DNA of 63,704 nt, counting the filler, from Mycoplasmatota bacterium (GTDB lineage Bacteria; Bacillota_I; Bacilli_A; RF39; UBA660), in the NCBI GenBank assembly GCA_012727915.1. It is 12 parts of 12 records of this genome, joined end to end, with 100 filler letters (N's around TTAATTAATTAA, not from the genome) between each part and the next. Parts side by side here need not be neighbours in the genome. Positions count along the whole stretch, not along the records: positions 20,800 to 22,943 come from JAAYGD010000024.1; positions 23,044 to 35,111 come from JAAYGD010000025.1; 10 more parts are not named here. One strand, given 5' to 3'. A program made the translations under genes and the position numbers. Below the pieces are notes generated by a model that was not told the DNA's origin, ran no database searches, and worked only from the letters and a program-made list of their open reading frames with translations. This document shows, one piece after another, positions 20,800 through 30,839 of the stretch (positions are counted from its first letter, which is position 1; every line of letters begins with the position of its first letter).

Positions 20800-21654
20800 A
20801 ATAACGGACCCTCCAATATACCAGTTTGATATACCCTGTGCTTTCATAACCCCAAACATACTAGTTTTTTGAATTGTTAATACATAAATAAAAATTCCTA
20901 AAACAAAAGCTGTTATTATTATTAAAAATACTATCATTACTGAAAAGGTTAAAACTTGAGCATTGTATCCCGGCAAAGTTGAAATATATTCATCTGTTGT
21001 ATACGATATTAAATCTAAAGACATATCTTTGCTTTCACCTTTTATTATAATTGCACTAAATAAATCAGGTGTATTAGCAGTACCGTAACGATATTTTTGC
21101 CAAGTGTCTAAACTCATAAATATTACTGGTGCCGTCTGATAGGTAGTTTTTGAAGAAAATCCAATAATTTCGTATTGATCTTTACTTCCTGTAATTCCAA
21201 ATATATCTCCAATTTTATATCCTTCTTTTTTTAATTCTTCATCAACAATAACTTGATTCCCTTGTAATTTTAAATCCCTTAATTCTGAAGGTTTTATAAA
21301 ACTATCATCTTCAATTCCTAAAAAATATACATCTACTCTAGAATCTAAAACATTATCTGAGGATGGATTATTTATAACTGCTGGAAATAACGCTAATTTT
21401 GCCTTTATTCCATTTGTTTCAACGGAATCAAAATGCTCTTGATTCATGTATGACATCATCATGCTATCGTTTGAATCAACTGTTAAAATAACTTGATCTG
21501 ATTCCCATTTCTTTATTGCGTTGGTATAAGATGATGCAAGACCATTTGCAAGTGATGTTAAAAAAAATACTAAATAACTAATAAGTATTACAACCGCAAT
21601 AATTAGAGCAAATTTTGCTTTAGAATATTTCAATTCTTTAAATGCTAAAAACAT
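20800..21654 (-). CDS. FtsX/HrtB-like ABC permease, 3'-truncated
   Basis: MFLAFKELKYSK, LANGL, IFIYVLTIQK, FGVMKAQG. Confidence 0.88.
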
Positions 21655-21665
21655 AAATTCCCCCC

Positions 21666-22154
21666 TTATTCATTTCTTTCTTTTAACAATTTTTCAATAT
21701 CCTCAGATATTTTCATAGGTTTAACACGAGGTGAATATCTTTTTATTACTTTTCCATTTTTATCTACTAAAAATTTAGTAAAATTCCACTTAATTTTTTT
21801 ATTTAAAAATCCCTTTTGATGCCTTTTTAAATATGTATATAATATAGATTCATCATCACCGTTAACATTTACTTTCTCAAACCTTGGAAATTTTGTATCA
21901 TATTTTTCCAAACAAAAATCATTGATATCTTCAATTGAACCTGGAGCATCTTTTCCAAATTGATTACAAGGAAAATCTAATATTTCAAACCCTTTTTTAT
22001 TAAATTTTTCATATAGTTTTTGTAGCTCTTCATATTGGGGTGTAAAAAAACATTCGGTAGCAGTATTAACAATTAAAAGAACTTTTCCTTTATAACGAGA
22101 TAATAAAACCACATTGTTATTAATATCTTCAACTCTAATTTGATACAAACTCAT
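21666..22154 (-). CDS. Glutathione-peroxidase-family peroxidase (Cys type)
   Basis: IVNTATEC, FPCNQF, KWNFTKFL. Confidence 0.95.
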   Translation of the reverse strand: MSLYQIRVEDINNNVVLLSRYKGKVLLIVNTATECFFTPQYEELQKLYEKFNKKGFEILDFPCNQFGKDAPGSIEDINDFCLEKYDTKFPRFEKVNVNGDDESILYTYLKRHQKGFLNKKIKWNFTKFLVDKNGKVIKRYSPRVKPMKISEDIEKLLKERNE

Positions 22155-22172
22155 ATTTACCTCCTTTATAAG

Positions 22173-22733
22173 TTATTTTTTTACTTTGAGTAATTTATTA
22201 AATAATTTGGCAGTTGCTTCAGAATCTCCAAGAGCACTATGTCTCTTTCCTTCTTCAAAATCAATACCAAAATACTCGAAAGCTTTATCCGAACTTGAAA
22301 TGTCTTCTTTAAAAGCACCTTTATAATATAGATATTTTAATATTGATGATGTATCAACACTTCTGTGTCCAAATCTTTCGTCATAATTTACATTATTTCT
22401 TCTAAAAAGCTCCCTTAAAAAGGCAATATCAAAGCTTACATTGTGACCCGCTAATATTACTTTTTCAACTCCAAAATGTTCTTTACAATATTCATTTACT
22501 TTATTTATAGCTTCTACTTCACTACAACCATTTTCTCTTAATAAGTTTAGATCAATTTTATTAATATCCATTGCTCTTTTACATACTTTGTAATCTGGTA
22601 AGCTTATTAGTATTTCTGTTCCGTTTACTATTTCTCCATTCTCCCAATATACCAACCCAATAGTTAATAGACTATCATTCATTTCGTCAAGTCCACCAGT
22701 TTCAACATCTAAAAACATTAATTTTTTTTCCAT
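22173..22733 (-). CDS. DEDDh 3'-5' exonuclease
   Basis: DVETGG, GHNVSFD, HSALGD. Confidence 0.9.
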   Translation of the reverse strand: MEKKLMFLDVETGGLDEMNDSLLTIGLVYWENGEIVNGTEILISLPDYKVCKRAMDINKIDLNLLRENGCSEVEAINKVNEYCKEHFGVEKVILAGHNVSFDIAFLRELFRRNNVNYDERFGHRSVDTSSILKYLYYKGAFKEDISSSDKAFEYFGIDFEEGKRHSALGDSEATAKLFNKLLKVKK

Positions 22734-22786
22734 TTTTCCCCCAATATATATTTTATATATAATTTATTTATTTTTATTTAATATAA

Positions 22787-22943
22787 TTAAAACATGATTT
22801 TTATTTTATTTCCAGTTTTTTTATTTAACTCATTAATATCAATATTAATACTTGTATCCAATATTATGTTGCTTTCTTTAATCGTAGTTCCATATACAAT
22901 TCTAGAAACATTAGACCACCAAATTGATCCAAAACACATAAAA
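22787..22943 (-). CDS. 3' fragment of a nucleoside/guanine deaminase-family gene (not in the ORF track)
   Basis: Reads FMCFGSIWWSNVSRIVYGTTIKE...KIMF*, matching the (PC)xMC..AI.W....IVYG pattern. Confidence 0.7.
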
Positions 22944-23043
22944 NNNNNNNNNNNNNNNNNNNNNNNNNNNNNNNNNNNNNNNNNNNNTTAATTAATTAAN
23001 NNNNNNNNNNNNNNNNNNNNNNNNNNNNNNNNNNNNNNNNNNN

Positions 23044-23275
23044 TAAGAACATTAGATCAAAAGGTTTAGTATCATCAATATTAGATGAAATACCAGGTAT
23101 AGGAGAAAAAACAAAAAAAGAAATATTAACAAAATATAAAGATATAGGTATTTTAAAAGAACTTACTCTAGAAGAATTAAATAAAAACTTTAATAAAAAT
23201 ATTGCAATTAATATTTATGAATATTTTAAAAATAACAATTAAAAGTTATTTTTTTTTAATTGACTAAAATCAATT
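23044..23275 (+). repeat. Second, slightly divergent copy of the uvrC 3' end and downstream DNA
   Basis: Matches 63338-63570 with 4 substitutions and a 1-nt indel. Confidence 0.95.
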
Positions 23276-23316
23276 GTTGTGTATAATAATGTCTAGTTAT
23301 TAATTGGGGGCTATAA

Positions 23317-23409
23317 ATGGTTATTACTAGTATGTCTGAAGAAGAACTAAGAATATCTAAAATAGAAAATATTGATATTGATAAATATGTAAAAACAAAA
23401 AAATTATAA
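23317..23409 (+). CDS. 30-aa ORF with own promoter, RBS and terminator; possible gene remnant
   Basis: TTGACT-16-TATAAT (23260-23287), GGGGG RBS, MVITSMSEEELRISKIENIDIDKYVKTKKL*, hairpin and T-run after the stop. Confidence 0.5.
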   Translation: MVITSMSEEELRISKIENIDIDKYVKTKKL

Positions 23410-23461
23410 AAATACTAATGATTTAGTGTTTTTTTTATGGTACAATTAATTTATTAATGGA

Positions 23462-25129
23462 GTGATTATAATGAATAATAAAGATTTAGCTAATTTAATT
23501 TTTCCGAATATTAATAAGACAATTATGGATTATGAAAATATTTATCCAAAAAGAAATTTACCTGAAGGTTCTATTGTAACAAGATATGCTCCTAGTCCAA
23601 CTGGTTTTATACATATTGGAGCACTACTTGCAAGTTTTATTGCTAGTTCTTTTTCAAAACAAACTAATGGGGTAGTAATATTAAGAATAGAAGATACTGA
23701 TACAAAAAGAACTATGGATAATGGTATAGAGATTATCATTAATGGTTTGAGAGAATATGGTGTAATATTTGATGAAGGACCAATATCAGAAAATGAAGAA
23801 ATAGGAAGTTATGGTCCATATATTCAAAGTAATAGAAAAGAAATATATCATGCTTTTGTTAAATATTTACTAGAAGAAGGTAAAGCATATCCTTGTTTTT
23901 GTTCTGAGGAAGAATTGGAAACTACTAGAAATATGCAAACTCAAGCTAGAGAAAGAATTGGATATTATGGAAAATGGGCAAAATGTAGAAATAATAGTAT
24001 TGAGGAATCATATAATAGAATAAAAAATAATGAACCTTTTGTTATTAGATTTAAATCACCTGGTGATTTTAATAAGATAATTACATATACTGATGTAATT
24101 AAAGGTAATATTGAAATGCCTGAAAATGATTTAGATATTGTAATTATGAAATCTGATGGTTTACCAACATATCATTTTGCACATCTAGTTGATGATCATT
24201 TAATGAGAACTACACATGTTATTAGAGCGGATGAATGGGTACCATCAGTACCAATTCATATTCAATTATTTGAAGCATTTAATTTTGAAAAGCCATATTT
24301 TTGTCATATATCTCCTTTATTAAAAAATGATGAAGGTAGTATTAGAAAATTAAGTAAAAGAAAAGATCCTGAATGTGCGATGAGTTTTTATCATGAATTA
24401 GGAGTTCCTAATGAATCGGTATTATTATATTTAGCAACTATAGCTAATAGTGATTTTGAAGAATGGTACTTAAAGAATAAAGATAAAAATATTTCTGATT
24501 TTACATTTACTTTTGATAAGATAGGAAAAAGTGGAGCTTTATTTGATATAGAAAAGTTAAAAAATATTTCTAAAGAATTTATTTCTACTTTAAAAGCTAA
24601 TGATTTATATGATAGAGTATCAGATTATCTATTAAAATATGACAATGAATTTTATCAGATATTTACTAAAGATAAAGACTATTCAATAAAAATTTTAAAT
24701 ATTCAAAGAGAGGTTGAAAAACCAAGAAAAGATTTAACTCACTATGGTGGAGTTAAAAATGAATATATATATATGTATGATGAATTGTATGATAAATTAG
24801 AAAAGCATTATATATATCCATATATTACAGATAAAGAAGAAGTTAAATGTATATTAAAGGTATATATAGATAAGTATTATGATCAAAATGATAATCAAGA
24901 AGATTGGTTTAATAAAATAAAAGATTTAAGTCAAGAATTTGGATATGCAAGAGAAGTTAAAGATTTTAAAAATAATCAATCTATGTATAAGGGTCATGTT
25001 GGAGATGTTTCTACAATACTTAGAATTGCGCTTACTTCTAGAGATAAAACAATTGATTTATATAGTATAATGCAATTATTAGGTAAAAACAGAATAGAAG
25101 ATAGATATAATAAAATAATAGATGAATAA
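23462..25129 (+). CDS. gltX: Glutamate--tRNA ligase
   Basis: RYAPSPTGFIHIG, LRIEDTD, PTYHFAH, KLSKR; start could be ATG at 23471. Confidence 0.95.
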   Translation: MIIMNNKDLANLIFPNINKTIMDYENIYPKRNLPEGSIVTRYAPSPTGFIHIGALLASFIASSFSKQTNGVVILRIEDTDTKRTMDNGIEIIINGLREYGVIFDEGPISENEEIGSYGPYIQSNRKEIYHAFVKYLLEEGKAYPCFCSEEELETTRNMQTQARERIGYYGKWAKCRNNSIEESYNRIKNNEPFVIRFKSPGDFNKIITYTDVIKGNIEMPENDLDIVIMKSDGLPTYHFAHLVDDHLMRTTHVIRADEWVPSVPIHIQLFEAFNFEKPYFCHISPLLKNDEGSIRKLSKRKDPECAMSFYHELGVPNESVLLYLATIANSDFEEWYLKNKDKNISDFTFTFDKIGKSGALFDIEKLKNISKEFISTLKANDLYDRVSDYLLKYDNEFYQIFTKDKDYSIKILNIQREVEKPRKDLTHYGGVKNEYIYMYDELYDKLEKHYIYPYITDKEEVKCILKVYIDKYYDQNDNQEDWFNKIKDLSQEFGYAREVKDFKNNQSMYKGHVGDVSTILRIALTSRDKTIDLYSIMQLLGKNRIEDRYNKIIDE

Positions 25130-25141
25130 TATCTATTATTT

Positions 25142-25217
25142 GGTCCGTTGGTGAAGAGGTTAACACGTCACCCTCTCAAGGTGATATACATGGGTTCGAG
25201 CCCCATACGGATCACCA
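25142..25217 (+). tRNA. tRNA-Glu(CTC)
   Basis: GGTCCGTTGGTGAAG...TCACC-CTCTCAA-GGTGA...TTCGAG...GATCACCA. Confidence 0.93.
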
Positions 25218-25236
25218 TTTTTATTTGGGAGGTTTT

Positions 25237-25725
25237 ATGGTTAGAGCTTATTTGGCAGGTCCAGATATTGTAAGAAAAAACGCATTGGAATATTTTAATA
25301 TGCAAAAAGAAATATGTTTGAAATATGGAATAACACCTTTACATCCGATAGATAATCCTCAAGCTTCAAATGCTAATACAATATATGAATCGGATATTAA
25401 GATGTTAGAAAGTGCAGATATAGTTATTGCAAATTTTAATCCTTATGCTGGAATGTTAGTAGATGATGGAACTGCATTTGAATGTGGTTATGCCAAAGCT
25501 TTAAATAAAAGAATATATGGTTATTTAAGTGATGATAGATATTATGAATTAAAGGTGTTAAATAGCCCCAATTTCGATGAATTTCAAGTTAAAGGTATTA
25601 AGCAGTATGTTAATTTAATGTTAGAACAAAGTGCTTATAAAGTGGTTATAGGAACATTTGAAGATTGTGTTAAAGAAGTATCAAAAGATTATAATTTGAA
25701 TTTCAATATATTAACTAAGACTTAA
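25237..25725 (+). CDS. Nucleoside 2-deoxyribosyltransferase-family protein
   Basis: YLAGP, D...ADIVIAN, DDGTAFECGYA; GGAGG RBS before ATG 25237. Confidence 0.88.
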   Translation: MVRAYLAGPDIVRKNALEYFNMQKEICLKYGITPLHPIDNPQASNANTIYESDIKMLESADIVIANFNPYAGMLVDDGTAFECGYAKALNKRIYGYLSDDRYYELKVLNSPNFDEFQVKGIKQYVNLMLEQSAYKVVIGTFEDCVKEVSKDYNLNFNILTKT

Positions 25726-25774
25726 TAAAGTCTTTTTTTATGATATAATTTTTTTATTGAAGGAAGAAATTAAT

Positions 25775-26941
25775 ATGATAAAAATCAATAAGAATTTATT
25801 AAATGTACAACAAGTTGATAATTTTGAAGAAGTATCAAAAAGAGTAAATGAATATAAGATAAATAATCCAAATAATAAATTATTAAATTTAGGTGTAGGA
25901 GATGTTTCTAAACCAATTATAAAAGAAGTAATTGATGAAATGAATAAAGCCATAAATGAATTAGGAAATATAGATACTTTTAAAGGTTATGGTTATTTTT
26001 ATGGACATAGTTTTTTAAAGAAAAAAATAATTGATGAATATAAATGTTTTACTGAAGAAGAAATATATATATCAGATGGTGCTAAGACTGATACTACTAA
26101 TATCTTAGAATTATTTGATAAAGATTCTTTAGCGTGTTTATTTAATCCATCTTATCCTGTATATAGAGATGCATTAGATATTATGGGTATTAAATATGAA
26201 TATATAGATGCTAATGAATTTAATGATTTTAGACCATTACCAAATAAAAAATATGATATTGTTTATATATGTTCACCAAGCAATCCCTTGGGGATAGCAT
26301 ATGATAAAGATTATCTAACTAAATGGGTTAAATATGCTTTAAAAAACAATTGCATTATCTTATATGATAATGTATATGATTCATTTATTAGATCATCCAA
26401 TGTACCAAAAACCATTTATGAAATTGAAGGATCAAAAAAAATAGCAATTGAATTTAGATCCTATTCGAAAAAAGCATCATTTACTGGAGTAAGATGTTCT
26501 TATTATATTATTCCTAATGAATTAATAATAAAAGATGTTAACAAATATTGGAAAAAAAGAGTAATGACTAAGTTTAATGGTTCTGATTATATTGCGCAAA
26601 GAGGAGCTTTAGCAACTTACTCTGATAAATCTATTATAAAAATAAATAAAAATATTGATGATTATTTAACAAATGCTAGATATATAAAAGAAGAGTTAGA
26701 AAAATTAAATTATAAAGTTTATGGTGGATTTGATTCTCCTTATTTATGGATAAAAAACAAAAATAATATGTCTTCTTGGAATTTTTTTGATTTATTCTTA
26801 AACGAATTGAATATAATTGTAATTCCTGGTATTGTATTTGGTACAAATGGAGATAATTATTTTAGAGTATCAGCATTAGCAAATAAATCAGTTATATATG
26901 AAGCTATAGAAAGGATTAAATCTTATGAAAAAGAAAATTAA
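25775..26941 (+). CDS. dapL: LL-diaminopimelate aminotransferase-like PLP enzyme
   Basis: LGVGDV, FKGYG, SDGAKTD, CSPSNP, IYEI.G, SYSKKASFTGVR, PG..FG..G..YFRVS. Confidence 0.8.
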   Translation: MIKINKNLLNVQQVDNFEEVSKRVNEYKINNPNNKLLNLGVGDVSKPIIKEVIDEMNKAINELGNIDTFKGYGYFYGHSFLKKKIIDEYKCFTEEEIYISDGAKTDTTNILELFDKDSLACLFNPSYPVYRDALDIMGIKYEYIDANEFNDFRPLPNKKYDIVYICSPSNPLGIAYDKDYLTKWVKYALKNNCIILYDNVYDSFIRSSNVPKTIYEIEGSKKIAIEFRSYSKKASFTGVRCSYYIIPNELIIKDVNKYWKKRVMTKFNGSDYIAQRGALATYSDKSIIKINKNIDDYLTNARYIKEELEKLNYKVYGGFDSPYLWIKNKNNMSSWNFFDLFLNELNIIVIPGIVFGTNGDNYFRVSALANKSVIYEAIERIKSYEKEN

Positions 26942-28079
26942 TTTAATAATATTTATATCTTTTATTTTAGGAATATTATTTGGATTATTATTACCTTCAT
27001 TTATGGATAATATTTCATTTATAGGCTCTTTATATATAAATATATTAAAGTTTTTAATTGTGCCCATATTATTTTTATCTATTTCTTTATCAATATATAA
27101 AAACTCAAAAAATAAAAATAAAAATTTAATAAAAATAATATTACTATTTATATTAATGTTTATTTCAACTTTTCTTATAGTATCTTTATTATTATTAATT
27201 ATTAATCCAAATTTAAATATTAGCTTTGATAATATTAATTATGAAGGGGAACTAGCTAAAGTAACATTTATTAGTTTTATTGAAAATATTTTCCCATCAA
27301 ATCCTTTAGATATAATTTCAAAAATTAATGTATTTGCAATTATAATAATATCTGCAATATTTGGTTTTTCAGCTTCAAAAGTAAAAAATGGTAATAAGGT
27401 TATGGATATAATAGATTCATTAAATAATATATTAAATAAGATTATCGAGTATGTAATGTATTTAACTCCATTAGGTGTCTTTTCATTGATTGGTTCATCA
27501 ATTTCTAATTATGGATTTGATATAATAAAAAGTACACTTATTTATATATTCTTAGCATATATATTTTCAATATTGATAGTAATATTAATGATTATTATAT
27601 TATCAAAAAAAATTAAACCTATTGAATATATAAAAAAAATAATAAAAGTATGGTTAGTATCTTTATCAACTTGTTCTTCAGTTGCAACATTACCTTATAC
27701 TTTAAAATTGTGTAAAGAAGATTTAAACTTAAATAAAGAAACAACTGATATTGTAGTACCTCTTGGAACTACTTTAAATAAAGTAGGGGGAGCAATTTCT
27801 TTTGCTATTCTTTCTATTTTTACTATTCAACTATATGGAATAGAATTAAATATATCTTTATATTTATCTATGATATTGGTATCTTTAATATTAAATATGG
27901 CTGCTGTTGGTATTCCAAGTGGGGGAATAGTACTTGGGGCAACTTATTTATCAATGTTGGGAATACCATTAAATTTTATTGGTATTTATAGTGGTATTTA
28001 TAGAATATTAGATATGGCTTATACAACATTAAATGTTACTGGCAATATTAATGCTACAATTTTTTTAAATAAAAAATAA
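26925..28079 (+). CDS. Dicarboxylate/amino acid:cation symporter (DAACS)
   Basis: STCSSVATLP, PLGTTLN, GIPSGG, RILDMAYTTLNVTG. Confidence 0.92.
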   Translation: MKKKINLIIFISFILGILFGLLLPSFMDNISFIGSLYINILKFLIVPILFLSISLSIYKNSKNKNKNLIKIILLFILMFISTFLIVSLLLLIINPNLNISFDNINYEGELAKVTFISFIENIFPSNPLDIISKINVFAIIIISAIFGFSASKVKNGNKVMDIIDSLNNILNKIIEYVMYLTPLGVFSLIGSSISNYGFDIIKSTLIYIFLAYIFSILIVILMIIILSKKIKPIEYIKKIIKVWLVSLSTCSSVATLPYTLKLCKEDLNLNKETTDIVVPLGTTLNKVGGAISFAILSIFTIQLYGIELNISLYLSMILVSLILNMAAVGIPSGGIVLGATYLSMLGIPLNFIGIYSGIYRILDMAYTTLNVTGNINATIFLNKK

Positions 28080-28160
28080 TTATTTAGTTGCTTTTATTAA
28101 TATTATGTGTATAATTAATTTTATGCAGTTAAATATTACCTAAGATTTAATAGGAGGACT

Positions 28161-30170
28161 ATGCTAGTCTTAGATGAAAAAGAACTTAATCTAGAAAGAA
28201 AAAAATTAGAGAATGTCTCAAAAGAAGTTAAAAAGACTATATCAACTATGAGTGATAGAGTTCTTAAACAAAAAGAAAAAATAAAAGATTTTCAAGATTA
28301 TAAATGGGACAATTCAAAAGGAATGGATGTTCAAGAACTCGCTGTTATTAGAACATCAAGTGATATGGAAGCAAATATCTTGCTCAGAGAGCAAAGATAT
28401 TTTTTAAGTCTATTTAAATATCAAAATAATCCATATTTTGGTTCAATAATATTTAATGAAAAAAATGGAACTAAACATGATGTATATATAGGAATGGCTC
28501 ATTTAGTAAATGAAAAAACATTAGATAACATTATATATGATTGGAGAAGCCCTATATGTAGTCTATTTTATGATTATGAAGTTGGAGAAGCTTCATATGA
28601 AGCACCCATTGGAAAAATAGAAGGTAATTTAAAAAGAAAAAGACAATACACAATTAAAGATTTAAAATTAATTAGAATGTTTGATAATTCTATAAATATT
28701 AGTGATGATATTTTACAAGATGTATTAGAAAAAGAATCATCTGAAAAGATGGAGAATATTGTAAATACTATACAAAAAGAACAAAACTTTATTATTAGAG
28801 GAAATGAAAAAAGAAATTTAATAATTCAAGGGGTAGCGGGTTCCGGAAAAACTTCGGTGGCACTTCATAGAATAGCGTTTCTTTTATATAAAATAGAAAA
28901 CTTGAATTCAAAAAATATAATTATTTTTTCACCTAATAATGTTTTTTCAGAATATATTTCAAATGTATTACCAGAATTAGGAGAAGAAAATACATTGCAA
29001 ACTACATTTAATGATTACTTATATACTGTAATTACTGAATATAAAAAAATAGAGTCATTTGTAGATTTTATTGATAGATATTATACATATAAAGAATCTA
29101 ACCTAGAATTAGTAAGATATAAACAAAGCGATAGAATAATAAATGATATTACTGATTATATTAAAAATTATACTAAGAATGCTTCATTTAATAATTCAAT
29201 TATTGAAAACGATGAGTATTATTATTCAAAGGAAGATTTAGATGATATATTACATAATAAATATGGAACTTTACCACTTTTTAATAGAATAAAAGAAATG
29301 GCTACAAAGTTTGCAGAACAAAATTATAAAGGTAAAAAGCATAGAATGAACGTATATATTAGACTTTTAAATGAATCATCTAATTTTAAAAAACCTTATA
29401 AGGAAATATATTATAATTTTTATAAGAGTAAATACTGTAATATTTCTTTAAATGAAAAAGAAATTTCTAACTTTGTTAATAGAAGTAAAATTAATTACGA
29501 AGATGCATTATTATTTTCATATATGAAAGGTTTATTGAATGGATTTCATTATGAACCAAACATATTGCAAGTAGTAATTGATGAAGCTCAAGATTATAAT
29601 AAATTACAATATATAATAATTTCAAAAATATTTAAAAAAGCTAATTTTACAATATTAGGAGATATAAATCAAACAATTAATCCATATTATAAATACTCTA
29701 ATTTAAATGTATTAGAAGATATATTTAAAGGAAATTATATAGAATTAAATAAATCTTATAGATCTAGTACTGAAATAATTGAATACACTAATAATTTATT
29801 AAACTTACAAAATATTAGCGCTATAAGAAAAAAAGATAATAATCCAATACTTATAAAAAATAAATATAGTTTAAATGATGATATAAAAATATTACTTAAT
29901 AAATACAAATCTATTGCAGTAATTACTAAAGATGAATTTGATTCTGAATATGTTTATGATTTATTAAAAAAAGAATTTGAAATTACATTAATTAATAATA
30001 AGTCTGAAACTTTTTCAAAGAAATTAGTAGTTATTCCATCATATATGGCAAAAGGACTTGAATTTGATTCAGTAATTATATTTGGAAAAAATAAATATAA
30101 AGAGGATGAGAAAAATCTTCTTTATGTAGCGTGTACTAGAGCCCAACATGAATTAATTGTATATGAGTAG
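28161..30170 (+). CDS. helD: HelD-like SF1 ATPase (RNA polymerase recycling factor family)
   Basis: PYFG, DWRSPI, IVNTIQKEQ, GVAGSGKT..ALHR, VLPELGE, DEAQD, KGLEFD, YVACTRA. Confidence 0.85.
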   Translation: MLVLDEKELNLERKKLENVSKEVKKTISTMSDRVLKQKEKIKDFQDYKWDNSKGMDVQELAVIRTSSDMEANILLREQRYFLSLFKYQNNPYFGSIIFNEKNGTKHDVYIGMAHLVNEKTLDNIIYDWRSPICSLFYDYEVGEASYEAPIGKIEGNLKRKRQYTIKDLKLIRMFDNSINISDDILQDVLEKESSEKMENIVNTIQKEQNFIIRGNEKRNLIIQGVAGSGKTSVALHRIAFLLYKIENLNSKNIIIFSPNNVFSEYISNVLPELGEENTLQTTFNDYLYTVITEYKKIESFVDFIDRYYTYKESNLELVRYKQSDRIINDITDYIKNYTKNASFNNSIIENDEYYYSKEDLDDILHNKYGTLPLFNRIKEMATKFAEQNYKGKKHRMNVYIRLLNESSNFKKPYKEIYYNFYKSKYCNISLNEKEISNFVNRSKINYEDALLFSYMKGLLNGFHYEPNILQVVIDEAQDYNKLQYIIISKIFKKANFTILGDINQTINPYYKYSNLNVLEDIFKGNYIELNKSYRSSTEIIEYTNNLLNLQNISAIRKKDNNPILIKNKYSLNDDIKILLNKYKSIAVITKDEFDSEYVYDLLKKEFEITLINNKSETFSKKLVVIPSYMAKGLEFDSVIIFGKNKYKEDEKNLLYVACTRAQHELIVYE

Positions 30171-30238
30171 TAAAAACTTGACAAATTACTAAAAATATGT
30201 AAAATAGATGACAACATATTTAAAAAGGGGGAAAAAAT

Positions 30239-30793
30239 ATGAAAGATAAACATTCTATTTCTAAAGATTTATATTTAATTGGAACAATTAGTTCTATTTT
30301 AGGGTACGCAACTACTGTTGAAGAAAAGAAAGAAAACTTCTTAAGATGTAAACATTATTTGGGTAATGATATGATTTTAAGTACAAGTGTTAATATTTAT
30401 ACAAATGAATATATTAATTCAACAGGAACTAACAATAATGAATCATATGATCCCGAATTAGAAACTGGAAAATCTGAAAAGCCATTTGATAAAAATGTAT
30501 ATTCAATTAACTTGAATTTAAATACTAAAGGGAAAAATACAAGAATATATATTGAGAATCATTCTAAAGAAGATACATTTAATAAAGTATTGAGTGATAA
30601 TTCTACTTTTGAAGAAAAATTTAATTTTATAAACAATCTATTAGATAATAAATCAAAAGTAAGAATATTTCCATCTAACAAAGAATATAATTTATCTGAG
30701 TTAGAAAAAGATAATATTCATGAAAAATCAAATGATATGTTAGAATGGTTAAAATTTAGAGCTAAATTAGAAAAAGATAATAAGAGTAGATAA
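30239..30793 (+). CDS. Hypothetical protein
   Basis: 184-aa ORF with TTGACA..TAAAAT promoter at 30178-30205 and GGGGG RBS. Confidence 0.7.
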   Translation: MKDKHSISKDLYLIGTISSILGYATTVEEKKENFLRCKHYLGNDMILSTSVNIYTNEYINSTGTNNNESYDPELETGKSEKPFDKNVYSINLNLNTKGKNTRIYIENHSKEDTFNKVLSDNSTFEEKFNFINNLLDNKSKVRIFPSNKEYNLSELEKDNIHEKSNDMLEWLKFRAKLEKDNKSR

Positions 30794-30839
30794 AAAATTC
30801 TATTCTTTTTATTTATGATATAATTTAATTGGTGATATT

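Noticed and set aside
21666..22154. Possible selenocysteine glutathione peroxidase
   Set aside because: Active-site codon is TGT (Cys); no in-frame TGA
22794..22991. Plus-strand 65-aa ORF
   Set aside because: The minus strand encodes a recognisable deaminase C-terminus
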